NCBI RefSeq assembly: GCF_001194135.2 | Contig: NC_068987.1 | Span: 108,806,449 to 108,846,137 of the forward strand | DNA: 39,689 bases | Origin: Octopus bimaculoides | Taxonomy: Eukaryota | Reading direction: 5' to 3' | Shown here: piece after piece, positions 34,740 to 39,689 of the stretch | Layout: each line of letters opens with the position of its first letter | How positions within the stretch are numbered: the stretch's first letter is position 1 | Made by a program: the position numbers and the translations under genes | The notes under the pieces: model-generated | Database searches by the model: none | What the model was told of the DNA's origin: nothing | The model's input: only the letters and a program-made list of their open reading frames with translations

Positions 34740-35790
34740 TGCTTGATTACCAAACCTATTTTGTGTAGAAGAAAAACACTGCCAGAACTTAATTTCCCGA
34801 ATTGAGTACAAATGGAATCTTTCTTCTCACTCAGACTTCTCAAGATATACCTACATAACCCAACCATATCGTCTCAAAATATTCACACACACACACATTC
34901 TTTTATTATTCTGCAGATGCTGTAGCACGGTTACTGCATAGAAACATAGAAACATGTCTCCAAATTAAGAGACGTGAAAATTTATTACCAAATCCATTGT
35001 TTTCCTTCTCGGCAACACAATAGAACATAAAATATAACGAACCACTGCACTAGAGAACATTAAGTTAAACATATAATGACGACTGAAATATTAGGAGTTA
35101 CACACGTAGGAGACATATTAAATGAATAAACAAGACAATATAGCGTACAGTCATGGAGCTAACGTTGCTACTTCCTTTGGCTGTAAGAAAGGACAAACGA
35201 TACATTAAAACCATCGTGGACTAAATCACTTCTAGCTCAAAATCCAAATCTTTCAACAATACTACCCGAAATAGTCCACTAGACATCACAGATTGACAGA
35301 TAACACTCTTAATTGCCTAGTTAACAGAACAAAACAATAATTAAAATTCACATTGGTATATAAGAGGCAATTTTTCCTTCAGCGTCAAGCTTCAGCCTGT
35401 AAAGTCGGTAACACTACATGCAAGGCCCAGTCACATATACATCGAAGAACACTACAGCAATAGCATCTTAATAGCGCTGTCACATGCAGTATTTTCAGAT
35501 AGAACAAAGCAGGCACGTAGAAATAGTTGCACACTCACCAATCTCATTCGCTTCAACCAAACAGTAGATGCAGATAAAGTGCAACTGATGCAATCAGAGC
35601 GAGTCACCATTAGAATATGCGGACGTACAGAAAATCCAAATTGCTGCTTAGAGAGAATGGAGCACGACGTGCTGTACCCATTACCCTTAAGTGACTGCAT
35701 TCCGGAGTGGACAGTGTGGTTCTTGGCCATGCAGAAACACTTCATTCGGGGAAATATAGATCTGTAAATCGTCTCATGATCTTCGACCAA
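34740..35790 (+). mobile_element. Very old L2/CR1-like LINE remnant
   Basis: Only weak ordered hints: a GVPQGS-like region, SAD (YADD site), ILGV, DKVQ..Q.ERVTIRI and IRGNIDL. Confidence 0.35.
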
Positions 35791-36369
35791 CTACATGCGT
35801 GTTATAGGATCGGGGCTTACTATAACGATACTATAATAGAAAATGTAATTTTATATGACACATAGAAGGAAGGAAACCCAGTTTGAAACAATGGAATTTC
35901 ATGTGGTTGTCAGTGTTGGTGTGCGATAAGCTCACCCAAAAGTTTGGAGTTCAAACCCCACTGAAGACGACATTTACATAACAGCAAGAAGCCACATAGG
36001 AGTCATTAAGTAGATGTTTCCGTTTCCCTTACAGTGTTAGGAATTAACGGGCACAAACAATTTTTTGACAGTTTTTTTCCTCTGAGGGTTTCTGCTATCC
36101 GTTTGCCTCGTATCGAGTTTCCGCACATAGATAATAACCTATCGGTTGTTATTGTTTATCAACAAGTAGGGCATGATCAAAGATACTTATAAAACTCGTC
36201 CTTTCCATGGCCATCTGGTTCTATTTTAAGTATAGCGTACATTAATCAACACTACGCACTGTGTCCTTCATTTCAAAGACTGTAACCTGTTAACTGAGGA
36301 AGAGACACACATACTTACATGTAAATACATTTTCCTCTCAACTAAAGATGCAAAGTCTAAAAGTCGGGA

Positions 36370-36546
36370 GCAAGGGCTAGACGATTACATCGACCCCAGT
36401 ATTTCACTGGTATTTACTTCATTGATCCCGAAAGGATAAAATTGCAAAGTCGACATCGCTAGATTTGAACTTGGAACGTAAAAACGGTCAACATGCCACT
36501 AAGCATTTTGTACAGCCTACTAAGAATTCTGCCCGTTCGCCGCCTT
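36370..36546 (-). mobile_element. SINE family A, diverged
   Basis: gacgattacatcgaccccagtatttcactggtatttacttcattgatcccgaaaggat...ctaagcatttt...ttctgcccgttcgccgcctt. Confidence 0.85.
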
Positions 36547-36809
36547 TACACATGAATACATGTTACGAGTCGTGTCTGTGTATATTTTGTGATATTGTAG
36601 GCATATGTAAATACGGGACTGTGTGCGCACGCGCGTGTGTGGGCGCACGCGCGTATTTCTGGGTATGAGTAATAGATTTCGACATTACACCATAGTAAAC
36701 ATAAGCATAAATCACATTGGAACCGACAGCAGACTGAAGCACTATACATTACATACGCAGACGTATATAGGTATGTGTATTGATAAGTATACAGACAGAC
36801 AGATTGACT

Positions 36810-36844
<35 letters not shown>

Positions 36845-36845
36845 T

Positions 36846-36889
<44 letters not shown>

Positions 36890-37980
36890 TTTAGACGGAT
36901 GGATGGAATGCATGGACATGTATATTTTTATAATTTTGGATAGGACCTTATACATACATACATATATNNNNNNNNNNNNNNNNNNNNNNNNNNNNNNNNN
37001 NNNNNNNNNNNNNNNNNNNNNNNNNNNNNNNNNNNNNNNNNNNNNNNNNNNNNNNNNNNNNNNNNNNNNNNNNNNNNNNNNNNNNNNNNNNNNNNNNNNN
37101 NNNNNNNNNNNNNNNNNNNNNNNNNNNNNNNNNNNNNATGTATGTAAATATTTATATATTTATATATATATTCTTATATATACATATATATATATATATG
37201 TATATATACGTATACATATATATACATATTTATGTATATATATGTATATGTGTATATATATATACTTTATTATATATATATAGATGTATGCATGTACGTA
37301 TTTATGTATGTGGGTATGTATGTTTTGAATGTATATATATGCACCCATATATTTTCTTCCTTATGCATACTTCACATCGCGTATAACTGTAATAGGTATG
37401 CGTACGTGAGTACGAGGTGAATGTGAGATGAATGTCTGTATGTTTGCGCCTCAACGCGTGTGCGCATGTATGCGTGTGCACGCGCGTATAAGTATGCGTG
37501 TGTGGGCGGGTGTGTGTGCATGTGTGTATGTATATACGTGTGGGTGTGTGTGTCTGGACGGAGCGAAGGAAGTAATGCAGCATATATATATACACATGGA
37601 ACGTAAATATTTCAGTGGCGCTATCTCTCGGCCCTAACAACACATCAAGGAAAGACATTTTGGTTTACAGTATGTCGTAAAGCTTTCAACAGCATCTAAT
37701 CTAGGCTTTACGACTTTGACACTGTAATGGAAGGAGATCGAGAGACGGTGCGCCGAAGGAAATGGAGCACCGGTATGCGTACGTTAATGGGTGTATATGG
37801 AAGTATCAATATATGTATGTGTCTCTGTGTGCGTATGTATGTATGTATGTATGTATGTATGTATGTATGTATATGTGTGTGTGTGCGCGTCTGTGCATGG
37901 GTGAGGGTGAGTGTGTGCGGGGGTATATGTGAATAGATTTTCTTAGAATGAAATAAGATTTAATACTGTAAACTCATTTA

Positions 37981-38148
37981 ATGACAATGATGATGATGAT
38001 GATGATGACGATGATGATGATGATGATGACGACGACGACGATGATGATGATGATCGTGGTGGTAGTGGAGGAGGGCTGCTGGTGGTGGTGGTAATGATGA
38101 TGATGGTGATGGTGATGCTGATGATGATGAAAGATGACGATGATGACT
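37981..38148. repeat. (GAT/GAC/GGT)n compound microsatellite
   Basis: Direct reading. Confidence 0.9.
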
Positions 38149-38499
38149 ATTAGGCTGCTACTATATCCAAGACTCTAGAAGCACTCAATACATATCAGTG
38201 AAGTCATGTTTGTGTTCTGAATTTGAGGGAAAATATATTCTGTTTCTACCAGAATGCGTAATCTTTAAAAAGTAGGAGTCGTAATTAGTCATTTCCCCTT
38301 AAAATTCAATGAACTCTGAAAAATGTGTGTGAAAACAAAAATACAATTAAAAAAATACCAAAATAGAGCAAAATAAATGTGAAGGAAAAGTATAACAGAG
38401 ATTAATAGCAAGAAAGGAAATATTGTAAGAAATAAATAGATCAGAAAAAGGTGTGAGGAAGTAGAAGAAATGAAGAAAAAGAACAAAAACGAAGACTTA

Positions 38500-38720
38500 C
38501 GTAAATTTTCCGAAAATTTCTGATATAATATTCAAATATAGATCATGATTATATAGGTTTTTGAGGAGAGATGTATTCTTTCTCTTTCTCCGCTGGGGCA
38601 CAGATCACATCTTACTTTTCTATTCTTCAACAGTTTCGATTTACCAACCATGTTCCATTTGATGCTGTAATTGGAAGCTTTATTCTGTTAATAGCCAGAT
38701 GTGTTCAGTTAATGTTGCTC
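38500..38720 (-). mobile_element. PLE GIY-YIG endonuclease C-terminal fragment running out of an N gap
   Basis: ATLTEHIWLL / NYSIKWNMVGKS...VRCDLC...LNIISEIFGK matches T.LS.HIW.L....Y.IKW.I..K....RC.LC..EK...LN.RSE. Confidence 0.75.
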
Positions 38721-39290
38721 NNNNNNNNNNNNNNNNNNNNNNNNNNNNNNNNNNNNNNNNNNNNNNNNNNNNNNNNNNNNNNNNNNNNNNNNNNNNNNNN
38801 NNNNNNNNNNNNNNNNNNNNNNNNNNNNNNNNNNNNNNNNNNNNNNNNNNNNNNNNNNNNNNNNNNNNNNNNNNNNNNNNNNNNNNNNNNNNNNNNNNNN
38901 NNNNNNNNNNNNNNNNNNNNNNNNNNNNNNNNNNNNNNNNNNNNNNNNNNNNNNNNNNNNNNNNNNNNNNNNNNNNNNNNNNNNNNNNNNNNNNNNNNNN
39001 NNNNNNNNNNNNNNNNNNNNNNNNNNNNNNNNNNNNNNNNNNNNNNNNNNNNNNNNNNNNNNNNNNNNNNNNNNNNNNNNNNNNNNNNNNNNNNNNNNNN
39101 NNNNNNNNNNNNNNNNNNNNNNNNNNNNNNNNNNNNNNNNNNNNNNNNNNNNNNNNNNNNNNNNNNNNNNNNNNNNNNNNNNNNNNNNNNNNNNNNNNNN
39201 NNNNNNNNNNNNNNNNNNNNNNNNNNNNNNNNNNNNNNNNNNNNNNNNNNNNNNNNNNNNNNNNNNNNNNNNNNNNNNNNNNNNNNNNNN

Positions 39291-39340
<50 letters not shown>

Positions 39341-39689
39341 TATATATATATATATTTATATACTGCTCATGCAGTGATAATTCTGCATGACTATATATGG
39401 CACAAACAATCATGAATACATATACGTTAACATATATATATACGTATGGTATGCTCTATCCCACGGAAAAAATTATCTGTAAAATACAAGAGACATCTTC
39501 CCTAATCCAGATCCCAACGTCTGTTAAGAAATGTGATGTAGAAAGACGGGAAGTCAAGATCGATTAGTTGTGTCAAACATTCTTTTCCGTTCTCTCTCAC
39601 TCACCCTAAAGGACACATTATCAGAAATATAGTACATCCCCACAAACAACCACAAACACACACGAATATGTATATATATATATATATAT

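Noticed and set aside
35452-35790. 112-aa minus ORF and overlapping 62-aa plus ORF
   Set aside because: No splice or domain support; better explained by a very old L2/CR1-like remnant.

Overview
AT-rich eukaryotic draft-assembly DNA with ten N gaps, dominated by microsatellites and transposon debris. The SINE families look like octopus (coleoid cephalopod) repeats; this is from recall, not a database search. I can support no intact host gene, RNA gene or CRISPR array, so the window is intronic or intergenic. Almost all listed ORFs are microsatellite or gap artefacts or antisense read-outs of dead retrotransposons. Recognisable content: several tRNA-headed SINE families; decayed R4/Dong-like (RLE), RTE-like and L2/CR1-like LINE fragments; several Penelope-like element (PLE) fragments; a DD37D (maT) transposase remnant; and hAT and mariner MITEs. 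The most notable structures are six minimal hammerhead-ribozyme (HHR) motifs from about four PLE-type families. The best of these is a tRNA-promoter-headed, HHR-tailed non-coding element present as a head-to-head palindrome inside one perfect 13-bp target-site duplication (32701-33363). Also notable are an inverted pair of non-canonical CCGAUGA-core HHRs (18240-18970), a Dong-like insertion inside (AAT)n, and a SINE/LINE shared 3' stem-loop with a compensatory base pair. Boundaries of decayed elements were read by eye and are approximate.
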